Origin: Octopus vulgaris
Lineage: Eukaryota
Direction: 5' to 3'
DNA length: 64,000 nt
Assembly: GCA_951406725.2 (NCBI GenBank)
Contig: OX597827.1
Span: forward strand, 10,974,001-11,038,000
A program made the translations under genes and the position numbers. The notes under the pieces are model-generated. The model worked only from the letters and a program-made list of their open reading frames with translations, was not told where the DNA came from and ran no database searches. Positions 1 to 13,523 of this stretch are shown here, one piece after another. Position 1 is the stretch's first letter. Each line of letters opens with the position of its first letter.

Positions 1-146
1 GGAAAGTGTTCTGCGTAGGATGTGTGCAGTGCCGCGTAGTGCAATTTTCTGTATGTTATATGTGTTTGTAAGTCCTGGTGTTTTTGTTATGTATTTGTCT
101 GAATATTTTTTTATCATGCCTAATGCACCTACTATGATAGGAATTG
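1..146 (-). mobile_element. R4/Dong-like non-LTR retrotransposon, C-terminal coding fragment
   Basis: Reverse complement matches 50667-50810 (IPIIVGALGMIKK...IQKIAL.GTAHILR); abuts a (TAA)n tract. Confidence 0.75.
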
Positions 147-673
147 ATTATTATTGTTATTATTATTATTATTATTATCACAAATGTGTTTGTGATTTCT
201 GTATATTTTTCAAAGTGCCACTGTCTGCATTTGTGTTTGTAATTGCAACTATTTGTCCAATTGACATAATTTTTTTTCTTTATACATCTCCTTTTTATAG
301 TCTGTATGTTATTTTCCTTATTTGCAACAACATTTTCTTCAAAATCTTGTAGTGTATTTACTATGACTTCATTTACATCTACTATCTGTAACCACCACCC
401 CCAGACAAAGAAACCCTATAAAAATTTAGCTTCTTCCTCAATGAAATTCTGGGAGAAAAATAAAATATATAAATTACTAAAAGGAATAACTTATTCTTGT
501 ATTCCAAAGTAAATGAAGTGGAGACTCAAAATTTCCAAAGTGTAATAATCCAAGAAAAGAAAAAAAAAAAAAGGGGGAATTTTTCTTTAACTATAAGCAA
601 GGTAATCCGAATCTTTTATGGAAATATGTTTGAAACATCTTTGCTCTCTTCAAAACACTTCATCAAGCATATA

Positions 674-786
674 AGTAGTAGTAGTAGTAGTTGTCACAGC
701 AGCAGCAACAGCAGAAGCACTAGTGGTGGTGGTGGTAGTAGTAGTAGTAGTATTAGTAATAGCAGTAGCAGCAACAGCAGCAGCAT

Positions 787-819
<33 letters not shown>

Positions 820-988
820 CAGCAGAAGCAGTGGTAGTGGTGGTGGTAGTAGTAGTAGTAGTAATAGCAGCAGCATTAGTAGTAGTAGTAGTAGCAGTAG
901 CAGTGGTGGTGGTGGTGGTGGTAGTAGTAGTAGTAGTAGCAGTGGTGGTGGTGGTGGTGGTAGTAGTAGTATTAGTAATGGCAGCAGC

Positions 989-1050
<62 letters not shown>

Positions 1051-1285
1051 CAGCAGCAGCTGTGGTGGTGGTGGTGGTGGTGGTGGTAGTAGTAATAGTA
1101 TTAGTAATAGCAGCAGTAGTAATAGTAGTAGTAGTAGTAGTAGTAGTAATAGCAGCAGCAGCTGTGGTGGTGGTGGTGGTGGTGGTAGTAGTAATAGTAT
1201 TAGTAATAGCAGCAGTAGTAATAGTAGTAGTAGTATTAGTAATAGCAGCAGCAGCAGCAGCGGCAGTAGTAGTAGTCAGTAGTAG
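674..1285. repeat. Compound trinucleotide microsatellite (AGT/AGC/GGT)n
   Basis: Directly visible; source of the poly-S/V/L pseudo-ORFs. Confidence 0.97.
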
Positions 1286-1389
1286 TTGAACTGAGTTTGA
1301 ACAAGAGCAAACAAAGGCTGTGAGATTATTTTTCTCTTATTCTGTACCAAATCTGCCAATCCATCACAAGAACAATAATAATAACAATA

Positions 1390-1593
1390 ATCCTTTCTAC
1401 TATAGGCACAAGGCCTGAAATTTTGAGGGAGGAGGTAAGTCAAGTACATTGACCTCAGGGTTCGACTGGTACTCATTTTATCAACCCCAAAAGGATAGAA
1501 AGGTGAAGTCAACCTCAGTGGAATTTGAACTCAGAATGTAAAGACGGACAAAATACTGTTAAGCATTTTACCCAGTCTGCTCATGATTCTGCC

Positions 1594-1595
<2 letters not shown>
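1390..1595 (-). mobile_element. SINE family B, diverged copy
   Basis: Similar to the reverse complement of 12270-12507 (gtcaacctcagtggaatttgaactcagaatgtaaag). Confidence 0.7.
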
Positions 1596-1625
<30 letters not shown>

Positions 1626-1699
1626 TAGTCCTTTCTACAATAGACACAATGCCTGAAATTTGGTGGGAGGGGCTTGGATTACATTGACCCCACCCCCTT

Positions 1700-1950
1700 T
1701 CTGATGGTTCTGCGTTGCTCCCACCATATCTCTGTGTATATGAGAAGACAAGATGTTGTCAGTTTCTGCTTCTGCTTTCCACTTCCTGGCTGTTTTCACC
1801 TCTGGTGGGTTACGCCTGATTTCCATATCCTTCGATTCTCTCAGCATCATGACTGTCCATATCTTCCCCAGCTTATGTATTTTGACTATTGATGCTATTG
1901 GTAGCTGCAACGAACCTCTTTTACGATAAAGAGGTGAACTGTTCAACATC
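1700..1950 (-). mobile_element. Hero-like (restriction-like endonuclease clade) retrotransposon fragment
   Basis: Translation LY...LQLP..SI....K.....MMLRESKD.EIR..PPEVKTARKWKA.....HRDMVG resembles the post-RT region of Hero elements. Confidence 0.6.
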
Positions 1951-2181
1951 TTTATCGTAATAATAATAATAATAATGATAATAATAATAATAATAATAAT
2001 AATAATCATAATAATGAAATTATTGTATAATAAGTGCTTAACTGGCACTTATTTCATCAACTCCGAAAAGATGAAGGGCAAAGTTGAACTTGGTGGAATT
2101 TGTACTCAAAGCTTGAAAACAGGCAGAATGTCATGAGGCATTTGGCCCAGTATGCTGAGGATTCTACCAGCTTGCTGCCTT

Positions 2182-2569
2182 GTGTGGTAAGTAGCTTGCT
2201 TATGAACCACATGGTTTCAGGTTGAGTCCCACTGCGTGGTACCTTGGGCAAGTGTCTTCTACTATAGCCTCAGGCCGACCAAAGCCTTGTGGGTGGATTT
2301 GGTAGACGGAAACTGAAAGAAGCCCACTGTATATATGTATATATATATGTATGTATGTGTGTCTGTGTTTGTCCCCGCCCCCAACATCGCTTGACAACCG
2401 ATGCTGGTGTGTTTACACCCCCGTAAATTAGCGGTTCGGCAAAAGAGACCAATAGAATAAGTACTGGGCTTACAAAGAATAAGTCCTGGGGTCGATTTGC
2501 TCAACTAAAGGCGGTGCTCCAGCATGGCTGCAGTCAAATGACTGAAACAAGTAAAAGAGTAAATGAGTA
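2182..2569 (+). mobile_element. SINE family A (tRNA-derived, internal AT/GT microsatellite, gtaaaagag tail)
   Basis: Multi-copy in the window; B-box-like ggttcagtccc; ccttgggcaagt core. Confidence 0.9.
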
Positions 2570-2856
2570 ATAATAATAATTCTTTTTAATTTTGCCACAA
2601 GGCCAGTGATTTTGGGGAGGAAAAAATCAATGACATTGATTCCTGTACTTGATTGATGCTTATTTTATTGACCGCAAAAGATAAAAGGCAAAGTTAACCA
2701 TGGTGGAATCTGAACTCAGAATGTAAAGAACCTGAAGAAATGCCATGAAGCATTTTGTCCAACATGTCCAACCAGGGAAAGGTTGGACATGTCAGTTACA
2801 TCAACACCAGTACTAATAGTTGTTGTGGGTGTTATACAGAATGTATAACATATATA

Positions 2857-3268
2857 TACTCTTTACTCTTTTACTTGTTTCAGTCATTTGACTGCGGCCA
2901 TGCTGGAGCACCGCCTTTAGTCGAGCAAATTGACCCCGGGACTTATTCTTTGTAAGCCCAGTACTTATTCCATCGGTCTCTTTTGCCAAACCGCTAAGTG
3001 ACGGGGACATAAACACACCAGCATCAGTTGTCAAGCAATGCTAGGGGACAAACACAGACATATAAACACACACACATACACATATATATATATATACATA
3101 TATACGACAGGCTTCTTTCAGTTTCCGTCTACCAAATCCACTCACAAGGCATTGGTCGGTCCGGGGCTATAGCAGAAGACACTTGCCCAAGATGCCACAC
3201 AGTGGAACTGAACCCAGGACCATGTGGTTGGTTAGCAAGCTACTTACCACACAGCCACTCCTGCGCCT
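2857..3268 (-). mobile_element. SINE family A, full length
   Basis: Reverse complement of 23834-24242. Confidence 0.92.
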
Positions 3269-3461
3269 ATATATATATATAAAAAAAACAATATCTATAG
3301 TGTCAAGACAAGAAAGCACTTTTTTATAATGAATTTAAGAATTATGAGGAATGATATAAATGAATTAAGAAATCTTTAAAAAAAAGAGTTCCCACTAGGT
3401 TTTTGTTTTCTTTCTCAAACTAAGACATTTTTATGCATATGTATCTATAAAAAAATGTAAT

Positions 3462-3797
3462 GGACCCCCTTTGGTCATGAATGACCATGGAAGCACACCT
3501 AGAAAGTTATCCCCTGAGGCATAAGTCTATGCAAAATTGTTTATGGAAGACCAGCAATTGCCCATGCATACCAGCCTCCCTTCTCCGTGCCACCAATGTT
3601 GTCCACAGGAGTGGCAAAAGCTGACACGTTTTGGCACCACTGACATCGCAACTCATTTGTACAGGTGAGTGAACTGGAGCAATGTGAAATAAAGTGTCTT
3701 GCTCAAGAACATAACACGCAGTCTGGTCCAGGAATCGAACTCCCCACCTCATGATTGTGAGTCCCCTAGTCTAATCACTGAGCCATGCACCTTCACT
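3462..3797 (-). mobile_element. SINE family C (tRNA head, ttgagcaagacact core, gaccgaagggggtc end)
   Basis: Matches the reverse complement of 23419-23746. Confidence 0.85.
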
Positions 3798-3811
3798 TAT
3801 ATATATATATA

Positions 3812-4088
3812 CTAGCAGTATCGCCCGGCGTTGCTCAGGTTTGTAAGGGAAATAACTATATAAGCATTTTTAGAGAGTTATAACCAAAAAATAGCAAAAA
3901 AATGCATTAAAAATGGAAAAAAAATTATGGTAAATTTTTTTTTAAATCGTAGATTCATCAGAAGGGCTCGATATGAATAACGACTATAAGATACCCGCTT
4001 TTGGTTACACTGCACCGCAAAATGTGGGTGTAGTTAGGAATCTAAATCGTAGGAGACAGACACACAACTTGACTTATATACATAAAGA
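3812..4088 (-). mobile_element. Non-autonomous Helitron
   Basis: Minus strand reads 5' TC ... GC-rich hairpin + CTAG 3', inserted between A and T; three copies in the window. Confidence 0.85.
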
Positions 4089-4199
4089 TATCATTCAACA
4101 TATCCATACATACTTGATTCATTACACTCAGAGCAGACAAAACAGTAATTAATGTCTAATAAAAAGCATGTCACCTTGTAAGATTGAAAGGTGAACTGT

Positions 4200-4745
4200 C
4201 CTTATCCAGAAAAGTGAGACTAAATGGATTGATGTGCGTAACTACAGGCTAATTATATGTTATAATGATTGTCTCAAAGATGGCTATACTCTAGATCAGT
4301 GCTTTTCAAACTTTTTGCTGGAGCGGAACCCCAAGGAAACATTCCACTGGCTCGAGGAACCCCTGTGCAATAATTTAATAGTCTTATGCACACCTACCTG
4401 CACAGGAGAATTAAAAATTACTGCCGATTTTAGCAGTTTTGTAACTTCTTGCGGAACCCCTGAACTGTACTGGCAGAACCCTAAGGTTCCGCGGAAGCCT
4501 GGTTGAAAACCACTGCTCTAGATACTTTAGAAAGAACATCATACGTATTTCAATAGGCTGAGACTTAAAATTATTGTAGGTACCAATCTTATAAATGTAG
4601 ACTTCTTAGATGACTCACTTGGCTTAGAATCAAAGGTTTTACAAATCTTTTCATTAATCAAATGAGAGACTAAGGTTTATAAATAAGTATTCCTGGCAAC
4701 TTATTATAGTTGTTATAAACTTAATAACATTAGTAGAAGGATAGA
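4200..4745 (+). pseudogene. Degraded Penelope-like reverse transcriptase fragment, interrupted by a hAT MITE
   Basis: Remnant translation GYTLDTL...LRLKIIVGTNLINVDFLDDSL...SNERLRFINK resembles the PLE RT VDFLD / KPN...YIN region; stops and frameshifts present. Confidence 0.5.
4297..4515. mobile_element. hAT (Charlie-like) MITE
   Basis: TIRs cagtgcttttcaa / ttgaaaaccactg; perfect 8-bp TSD CTCTAGAT at 4289-4296 and 4516-4523. Confidence 0.9.
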
Positions 4746-6186
4746 CGGTGCATGACCAAGTGGTTAAGGTTTTGTACTCATGATCTCAAGATCACAGTTT
4801 TGATTCCCTGACCAGATCTCAAGATCACAGTTTCAATTCCCTGACCAGATCTCAAGATCACAACTTCGATTCCCATTGTTTACGGCAGCAAGCTGGTAGA
4901 CTTATCAGCATGCTGGGCAAAATGCTTAGTGGCATTTCATCTGTCTCCACGTTCTGAGTTCAAATTCTGCCAAGGTCAGCTTTGCCCTTCATCCTTTCTG
5001 GCTTGATAAAATCAGTACCAGTTGCACACTGAAACTGCTGGCCTTGTGTCCAAATTTCAAACCAATTTTTGTGAAAGGATTTCATACATTAACCCAATGT
5101 TTCTGAACCGGGGTTCCCCAGAACCCTAGGGTTCCATGGAAAGTTCCTAGGGGTTTCACGAAAGGTTCTTAGGGGTTCCACGTGAAAGAGGGAGATAAGC
5201 TAATGCTAATTTCATGACTGTAATATTACTATACATGCACAACATATTATTAGTTATTGTAATATTGTAATATAAGCATAATTTTATCTGACCTATTATG
5301 TTATCAAAAGAATATAACAACCATATATATATACATATATATATACATATATATATATGTGTATGTGTGTGTGTTTCTTTGAGCCTCACACTGCTTGACA
5401 GCCGGTGTTGGTGTGTTTATGTCCCTCTATCTTGTGAGTGAATTTGGTTGACAGAAATTGAAACCACACACACATGTTTGTGAGTGTGTGTGTTTGAGCC
5501 TCACACTGCTTGACAGCCGGTGTTGGTGTGTTTATGTCCCAGTATCTTGTGAGTGAATTTGGTTGACAGAAATTGAAAGAAGGACACTCACGTGTGTGTA
5601 TGTGTGCACGGGTGGGCATATGAGTGCATGTGTGTGTGTGTGTGTATGTGTGTGTGTCTTTGTGTCTGTGTTTGATCCTCACACTGCTTGGCAGCCGGTG
5701 TTGGTGTGTTTATGTCCCTGTACCTTAGCAGTTCAGCAAAAGAGACTGACAGAATAAAGGAAAAGAAAAAAGATATACTGGGGTTGATTCATTTGTCAAA
5801 AATACTTCTCAAGGCAATGCCCTAGCATGGCTGCAGTCTAACGATAGAAACAAGTGAAAGATAAAAGCTAAAAGATACCAGTAATACACTGTTGTCTAAT
5901 TATCAATTATATTGCTTTCTTTATATATATATATCAGCTTTGTGCCTATTCTGAGGAGATTAGTATTAAAGGATAAAAAGGGAATAAAATATAAAACAAA
6001 GAAAGCCATTGCTTTATCTATTCTTTTACCTAATACACACTATTTTAATATAATATTACAAATTGGAAACCAACCGAAATTTAAAACAACAACAACAACA
6101 GCAATAGTAATACTGACAACAGAACCAGAATACATACATACATACATACATAAATACATACATATATATATATATGTATATATGCT

Positions 6187-6326
<140 letters not shown>

Positions 6327-6498
6327 GTTTACAGCCAACAGATCTATGACTTTATGGCAGATAAAAAGATACCAGTCTATTAGATGTCAAGTGCATGTAG
6401 AAACTGGCTACAAATATTGTTACTAATGGACTAGATATATATATATACATAAAAAAGAAATAAATAAACAAAATATGCCAGATTTTTATACCATCAAT

Positions 6499-6551
<53 letters not shown>

Positions 6552-7029
6552 CAAGAAACTATATTTCATCTCTGAGCAGATAGTAAGGCTTAGGGAATAA
6601 GTTAAAGCTCTTAGCACCTCATGCAATACATCAAAAGCAACAGAAATATAAGTAGAATAGAAAAGTAAAAAAAAATATATATATATGATGAAATGGAAGG
6701 TGGAGAAATAAGGAAAAAAACATGAATGGGAAAATATATAACATCATAGAAAAAAATATTCCATGAGGATTAGCAACTGGCATTATGACCTGCTGCAAAG
6801 CCATTGCCGCCACCACCGCCACCAACACCACCACCATTATTATTACCTATGGTTGACCACCCATAACAAGGATATGAAGCAAGTTGTCTCCCTTGTCTTT
6901 TTTAACAAGAATTAATCATTATGGTTAACAATTTTTTTTCTCTTTTCACTACAGGTGTTTGTTCATTAATTTTTATGTTTGTTTTATTTTTTCATGCTAA
7001 CATAGGTAAGATGAATATATATTATTACA

Positions 7030-8623
7030 GTGGCTGGTAAGAGCTGTGCAAACTCTGTACAGGGACGCTGTCAGTAAGGTGAGGTTTGGCAACGAATATA
7101 GTGAAGAATTCCAAGTAGAAGTAGAGGTTCACCAAGGATCAGTCCTCAGCCCCCTCTAATTCATTAGTCCTTCAGGCAATAATAGAGGGATTCAAGGCAG
7201 GCTGCCCCTTGGAGCTCCTCTATGCTGATGATCTTGCTCTAATAGCTGAGTCACTGCCAGAACTGGAGATGAAGTTTAGGGTGTGGAAGCAAAGTCTAGA
7301 AGTGAGGGGCCTTAGGGTTAACCTAGCCAAAATTAAAGTCTTAGTAAGTAGGAAGGCTGTCAAATCACAAACCCCTTCAGGTTGATGGCCCTGCTCGATC
7401 TGTAGAAAAGGCGTGGGTAGAAACTCCATGTGATGTACCCGATGTAAGCTATGGACACATAAAAGGTGCAGCAATATCAAAGGAAGATTAACCTGGAAAA
7501 TAGTTTTTGTGTGTGACAGATGCCCTGGGGCAATAAACACTGAAGGTGTACAGAAAACAGATTCCATTGCCAAGGGAAGAAACTAGAAGTAGTTAATAGC
7601 TTCTGCTATCTAAGTGACCAAGTTTGTTTTGGGGGTGTTTGGTCTGAGAGTGTAGCAACTAGTGTAACAATAGCCCGGGCAAAGTGCAGGGAACTACTAC
7701 CTCTGCTGGCGACAAAGGGTGTCTCGCTCAGGGTGAACGGTATATTGTATGATGCATGTGTGTGAACTGCCATGCTACATGGCAGTGAAACATGGGCTAT
7801 GAATGCTGAGGACATGCATAAGCTTGAAAGAAATGAAGCTAGTATGATCCGCTGGATGTGTAATGTCAGTGTGCATATACACAACAGAGTGTAAATGCCC
7901 TGAGAGAAAAGGTGGGCATAAGAAGCATCAAATATGGCGTGTGCAAGAGAGGTGACTGTGGTGGTCTAGCCATGTGTTACATATGAATGAAGACAGCTGT
8001 GTGAGGAAGTGCCACTCCCTAACTGTAGAAGGAATCTACATGGGATGAGGTGGTAAAATATGACCTTCGAACATTGGGCCTCACAGAGGCAATAACAGGA
8101 GACTGGGACTTTTGGAGATATGCTGTGATTGAGAAGACCTGACAACTAAAGTGAGATCGCAGCCACACACATCCAGCCCTGTTAAGAATGCTCCTGATGC
8201 ATTGGGTGATATGATATGCTTGAGAAGACCTGATGAGTCAAGTAAAACCAAAATCGTAGCTAGGGTCAGTGCCCCCTGACAGGCTCCTGTGCTAATGGCA
8301 CGTAAAAAGCACCATCCAAACATGGTCAATGCCAGGCACACCTTACTGGCTCCAGTGCCGGTGGCATGTAAAAAGCACCAACCTATTGTGACCGATGCCA
8401 GTACCCTGCCATGTGATCTTTGCCAGGCCTGCCTTACTGGCACGTAAAAAGCATCCACTACATTCTCAGAGTGGTTGGCATTAGGAAGGGCATCCAGCCG
8501 TAGAAACATTGCCAGATCAGATTAGAGCCTGGTGCAGCCGCTGAATCTCCAGACTTCAATCAAACCGTCCAACCCATGCCAGCATGGAAAACGGACGTTA
8601 ATCGATGATGATGATAATGATGA
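7030..8623 (+). mobile_element. 5'-truncated RTE-clade LINE (degraded RT, 3' UTR, (GAT)n tail)
   Basis: VHQGSVLSP, ELLYADDL, MLHGSETW motifs with stops and frameshifts; 3' UTR tandem units; tail. Confidence 0.9.
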
Positions 8624-8946
8624 CAGCTTGGTTTTACAGCTAGATACTCATTCTGCTACCATTCTTTACATACCTTTTTTTTTTTGGCAAGTAAGGATCC
8701 CTTATTCTACATGTCTATTTTGAAAGTGCACAGCCAATGAATGATTTGTGGATGGATACACACACACGCACACACTTATAATTTTAATTAATTAATTAAA
8801 ACATTATTAAGGTGATGTATTGACAGCGTCATTAGAGTGTTAATCAAAATGCCTTGCAGAATTTATTCTAACTCCTTGTGTTCTGATTTCAAATCTCTCC
8901 AAGGTCAACTTAACCTTCTGAGATTGATAAAGTACTGATATATACT

Positions 8947-9180
8947 TATTTCTTTACTACCCACAAGGGGCTAAACACAGAGAGGACAAACAAGGACAGA
9001 CAAACGGATTAAGTCGATTATATGGACCCCAGTGTGTAAGTGGTATTTAATTAATCGACCCCGAAAGGATGAAAGGCAAAGTCGACCTCGGCAGAATTTG
9101 AACTCAGAATGTAAGGGCAAACGAAATACGGCTACACATTTCGCCCTGTGTGCTAACGTTTCTGCCAGCTCACTGCCTTA
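8947..9180 (-). mobile_element. SINE family B (tRNA head, gcctttcatcctttcggggtcgat Meta/MESC-like domain)
   Basis: Reverse complement of 12270-12507. Confidence 0.88.
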
Positions 9181-9604
9181 AGTACTGATATATACTGGCA
9201 AACTGGCACTTCAATCTGTTATGATGACAACGGTTCCATTTGGGCTGACCAACAGGACAGCTTGCTCCTGAAATTAACATGCAAGTGGCTGAGCCCACAA
9301 CAAACACGTGCACTCTTAACGTAGTTCTCGGGGATATTCAGTGTGACTGAGAAAGTGATAAGGATGGCCTTTTATATCAGCCAAGTAGACTGGTGCAAAG
9401 TGAAGTAAAGCATCTTACGCAAGGTCACAACATGCCACCAGGAATCGAACTTGTGAGACCTTACAATCATGAGTCAATTACCCAACCCACTAAGCCACGT
9501 ATATTCACCATGAACTGATCTAGGGTAGTCGACTGATTGTATTGTAAGAACTTCAGATGGGATCTTTGTGCCATTTAGTTTGGTTTTCAGCATTTTGAGT
9601 CTAA

Positions 9605-10539
9605 CCTCTTAACACATATTTTTTTCAATTTCCATGCAAAAATATCCTTGATTTTTTTTTTATTATTTACTTTGAATCTGTACATAAAGAAGAATAAGTA
9701 CACAAATTATTTTGAATCAGTTATTATTTATTATGAAGTTACTGATAAAAATTCAAGTTACTGACACTTAATGATAGAAAACGGTAATAGCGTCGTGAAC
9801 AAAATATTTCCGGTTAGAAATAAGTGACAGATTCCTCAGGGTACAGTGAATGTATATTTTGTTTCAAATATATATTTACTGACCGAGACCTATGGAAGTA
9901 TGCTGTGCATGAGAAGACCCGGCAGGACTAGTAAGACCATAACCCATGGCCTCTACCTGGGATGTAGCCAGTCGACTTATGCATACCTTTCCTTTTTGGG
10001 ACACAAAGCTCCACTTGTGAAGACCCGTTGAGGCAAGTGGAAATCAAAAATCAGAACCAAAATTGAAGTCGGTCAACATCAATGGAAATTGCAGCTGTGA
10101 TACCAGTGCCGGTGGCACGTAAGCGAACCATCCGATCGTGGCCGTTGCCAGCGCCGCCCCGTCTGGCCTCCGTGCCAGTGGCACGCAAAAATCACCATCC
10201 GATCGTGGCAGTTGCCAGCCTTGCCTGGCCCCCGTGCTGGTGGCACGTAAACAGCACCATCCGTCCATGGCCGTTTGCCAGCCCAGTCTGGCATCTGTGC
10301 CGGTGGCACATAAAAAGCACCCACTACACTCACGGAGTGGTTGGCATTAGGAAGGGCATCCAGCCGTAGAAACATTTCAAGATCAGACTGGGTCTGGTGC
10401 AGCCTTCTGGCTTCCCAGACCCCGGTCGAACCATCCAACCCATGCTAGCATGGAAAACGGATGCTAAATGATGATGATGATGATGATGATGATGATAAAC
10501 ATATCCAAACAAAAATATACGGGGTAATATGTTAAGAGG
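9605..10539. mobile_element. piggyBac-like MITE with a nested RTE 3' end
   Basis: TIRs cctcttaacacatatt / aatatgttaagagg; flanks CTAA and TTAA. Confidence 0.65.
9882..10495 (+). mobile_element. RTE LINE 3' end with four tandem UTR units
   Basis: Homologous to 16180-16550; ends in (GAT)n. Confidence 0.88.
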
Positions 10540-12269
10540 TTAAGTCCTGTTTTGTGGTAGATTTTACTTGGTCATCTGATTCTAATATCATCCTTTGCCT
10601 GACAGCACATTTAGTAGAAATATCCATGATGATGATTCTGCCTGTTCACTGCCTTTCCAGGACTGAATGATAATGGTTTTAAACTTTAGTACAAAGCCAA
10701 CAATTTCAGGGGTAAATTGAATACATCAACCCCCATTGCAAAACTGCTACTTATTTTAATGACCTCCAAAAGGATGAGAGACAAAGTCGACCTCAGCAGA
10801 ATTTGAACTGAGGATGTAAAGATGCACAAAATACCTTTTTCTTTACTACCCACAAGGGGCTAAACACAGAGAGGACAAACAAGGACAGATAAATGGATTA
10901 AGTCGATTATATCAACCCCAGTGCACACACAAACACACACAAACACATGCATTCTCACACACACATACACACACAAACACACATGCATTCTCACACACAC
11001 ATGCACACACACAATGTGAGTTTCATTCAAAATGTGCTCTTGATAAGGTTGCTTTTTGTTTAAGCTAAAGTGAGCTCCGATTGAGTAGAGTTCAATAGCT
11101 GAACTATGATCAAATATTTTCCATCCGTGATCATTCCATGATTTTACAACATGTAAGACTATTTGAATATCGTAGGGTATAGGCTTGAGTGAGATTAGGC
11201 AGCTATATCTAGCAGACGGAATGGCCAATGTAGAAGCTTCCTTGGTGTTCTGAACCTTAAAAACTTCTCAGTATTTTCCTTGTTCTTCATCCATGAGTAA
11301 TTAAAACCCAACTGATTGCTTGACCTCTTCTTTTCCTCTCAAGGTACTTGCAGATCTGTTACATGGAAATTTTATTCCATGATCTATTTACATACGCGCA
11401 TTGCACTGCACCGCGTGACAAGTCACACACTTTGTAAACTTTATTCTACACACAGTACTGACTTCTTATTTTAATGCAATTCCGATTTTCAAAGGATTTA
11501 TATTGCAATGTGAAATGCTGAGATGTGAGCTGTTCAGGTCACATAAGGGAAATAAAGAAAAGGAGAACAAAGCCGAACCAGCATGGCTGTAATGTTTTCT
11601 TTATACAGCAAGAAAGATGAAGAACAGAGATAGCTAACTACCAAGGTTAACTTTATGGAAGAAGGCATTCGTAAGAATTGGAAGAAGTGGGATAAAAGAA
11701 CCGTTTTTTTTTTTTTTTCTTTCTATTTCCTACAGACTTTTCTCATTAGTCATAAAAACAAGTGAAAGCTTAGCTTATGTCTGATCAACTGCATCATAAA
11801 AACGGCCCTTGTTGTCAGCGAAATTCTCAAATACAATGGTTGGGTCAGATGAGAAAGAATAAAAAAAAATAAATAAAAGTAAGCCTGCATATAAGTGTGT
11901 GCGCGCGTGTGTGTGTGTGTTTGTGTGTGCATTGAAACTGGGTAAATTGTATCTGTCAGGAAAGAAACTTGGGTTGACTATGATGTGGAGAACTAATAAT
12001 GAAAGACATCCGTTTTAACTGACATGAAAAGTGTGAATCTTTGTGAAGCTACTTTGCTTTGTAGTACTCCAACCAATTTGGGAATTACACATAGAGATTG
12101 AATATATTTCAATATACTTTACCTTGTGTAATAGGAGAGAAAAATATGAAGAAAGAGAGAGAGACAGAGAGAGAGAGAGACAAACAGAGTAATGATATAT
12201 TACAAATGATAATGCTGGTTTCTAAAATAGGCACAAGGCCTCATAAATGGAGAAGTGGTAAAAATGGAA

Positions 12270-12507
12270 AAGGCGACGAGCTGGCAGAAAACGTTAGCAC
12301 GCTGGGCGAAATGCGTAGCCGTATTTCGTCTGCCATTACGTTGTGAGTTCAAATTCCGCCGAGGTCGACTTTGCCTTTCATCATTTCGGGGTTGATAAAT
12401 TAAGCACCAGTTACACACTGGGGTCGATGTAATCGACTTAATACCTATGTCTGTCCTTGTTTGTCCCCTCTGTGTGTAGCCCCTTGTGGGTAATAAAGAA
12501 ATAGGTA
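12270..12507 (+). mobile_element. SINE family B, full length
   Basis: A/B-box-like head (gagctggcagaa...gagttcaaattcc); multi-copy. Confidence 0.9.
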
Positions 12508-12892
12508 TAAATGGAAAAGGAGTATAGTCAGGATTTATAAAAGGTGGAATTAAGCCATCACATCAGTCTGGACCCTCAGAGAGTCTAGAAGGAGCACATG
12601 AATATCTGACAGTCCCCTTTCTCCAAAGGAAAGTGCTGAATTCTCTTTGAATTATAAGAGGACCTGTCTCTAGGAGCTCAAACCAGTCAGTCTTCTAAGG
12701 GTTTTGCAAAATGAAAACTGTTCAAAGAGATTTTGGATACAGTTGATTACATTGTGCCAAGTAGTTGACTGGTACATCATTTTTATTGACCTCAGAAAGC
12801 TGAAAAGGCAACATTGGCCAGGTTGAGATTTGATCTCAGAATCAAATCTGATACAGTGAGGTGTTATATCCAGCAATATGAGCATACATACA

Positions 12893-13110
12893 TACAAGGT
12901 CTGATCGGAAAATATCAGAACTGCTTCTGTTTTAACAGGTTTAAAGTTTGCTGAGTGAAACCACTTGGCACAGATTAAACTTGAACTCCGTCACGCATAC
13001 CTTCTAAGTAATTAGGCTCTCACTCATTACTGCTGTTCGTTGATGACAGTGCTTGGAAGTAAGGTATGTAGAGTGTGGTCATTGAATAGAACTGCATGTA
13101 TCTGGTGAGT
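12893..13110 (+). mobile_element. Possible Tc1/mariner terminal fragment
   Basis: ta|caaggtctgatcggaaaatatcagaact resembles mariner TIR starts; no second TIR found. Confidence 0.35.
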
Positions 13111-13148
13111 AGCAAAAGTCATAAATATACATATATATATAGTATAGT

Positions 13149-13481
13149 GACCCCCTTCGGTCAGACACTGACCATGGGTTTGCACCTAGAGAGTTACTCT
13201 CTGAGGCACAAGTCTGGGCAAGGTTGTTTCATGGAAGACCAGCAGTCGCCCATGCATACCGGCCTCCCCTCTCCACGTCACCGATGTTGTCCAAGGGAAA
13301 AGCAAAGGGGCCGATACAGCTTGGCACCTGTGACGTCGCAACTCATTTCTACAGCTGAGTGAACTGGAGCAACGTGAAATAAAGTGTCTTGCTCAAGAAC
13401 ACAACACGCAGCCCGGTCCGGGATTTGAGCTCACAACCTCACGGTCGTAAGCTCGATGCTCTAACCACTGAGCTACGCGCC

Positions 13482-13486
<5 letters not shown>
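13149..13486 (-). mobile_element. SINE family C
   Basis: Near-complete reverse complement of 23419-23746. Confidence 0.9.

Positions 13487-13515
<29 letters not shown>

Positions 13516-13523
<8 letters not shown>

Noticed and set aside
175-410. Open minus-strand frame of about 75 codons after ttacag
   Set aside because: No recognisable homology, weak polypyrimidine tract, and it runs into a microsatellite.
497-1289. 261-aa Ser/Gly-rich and 188-aa Val-rich ORFs
   Set aside because: Translations of trinucleotide microsatellite with no domain or splice support. The same applies to the YI/HT/CV/I/N-rich ORFs throughout.
8231-8260. CTGATGAG hammerhead core in the RTE 3' UTR
   Set aside because: No stem II or GAAAC follows, and sister copies read ctgttgag or ccgttgag.
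11020-11270. Minus-strand open frame in unique DNA
   Set aside because: No recognisable domain or convincing splice sites.
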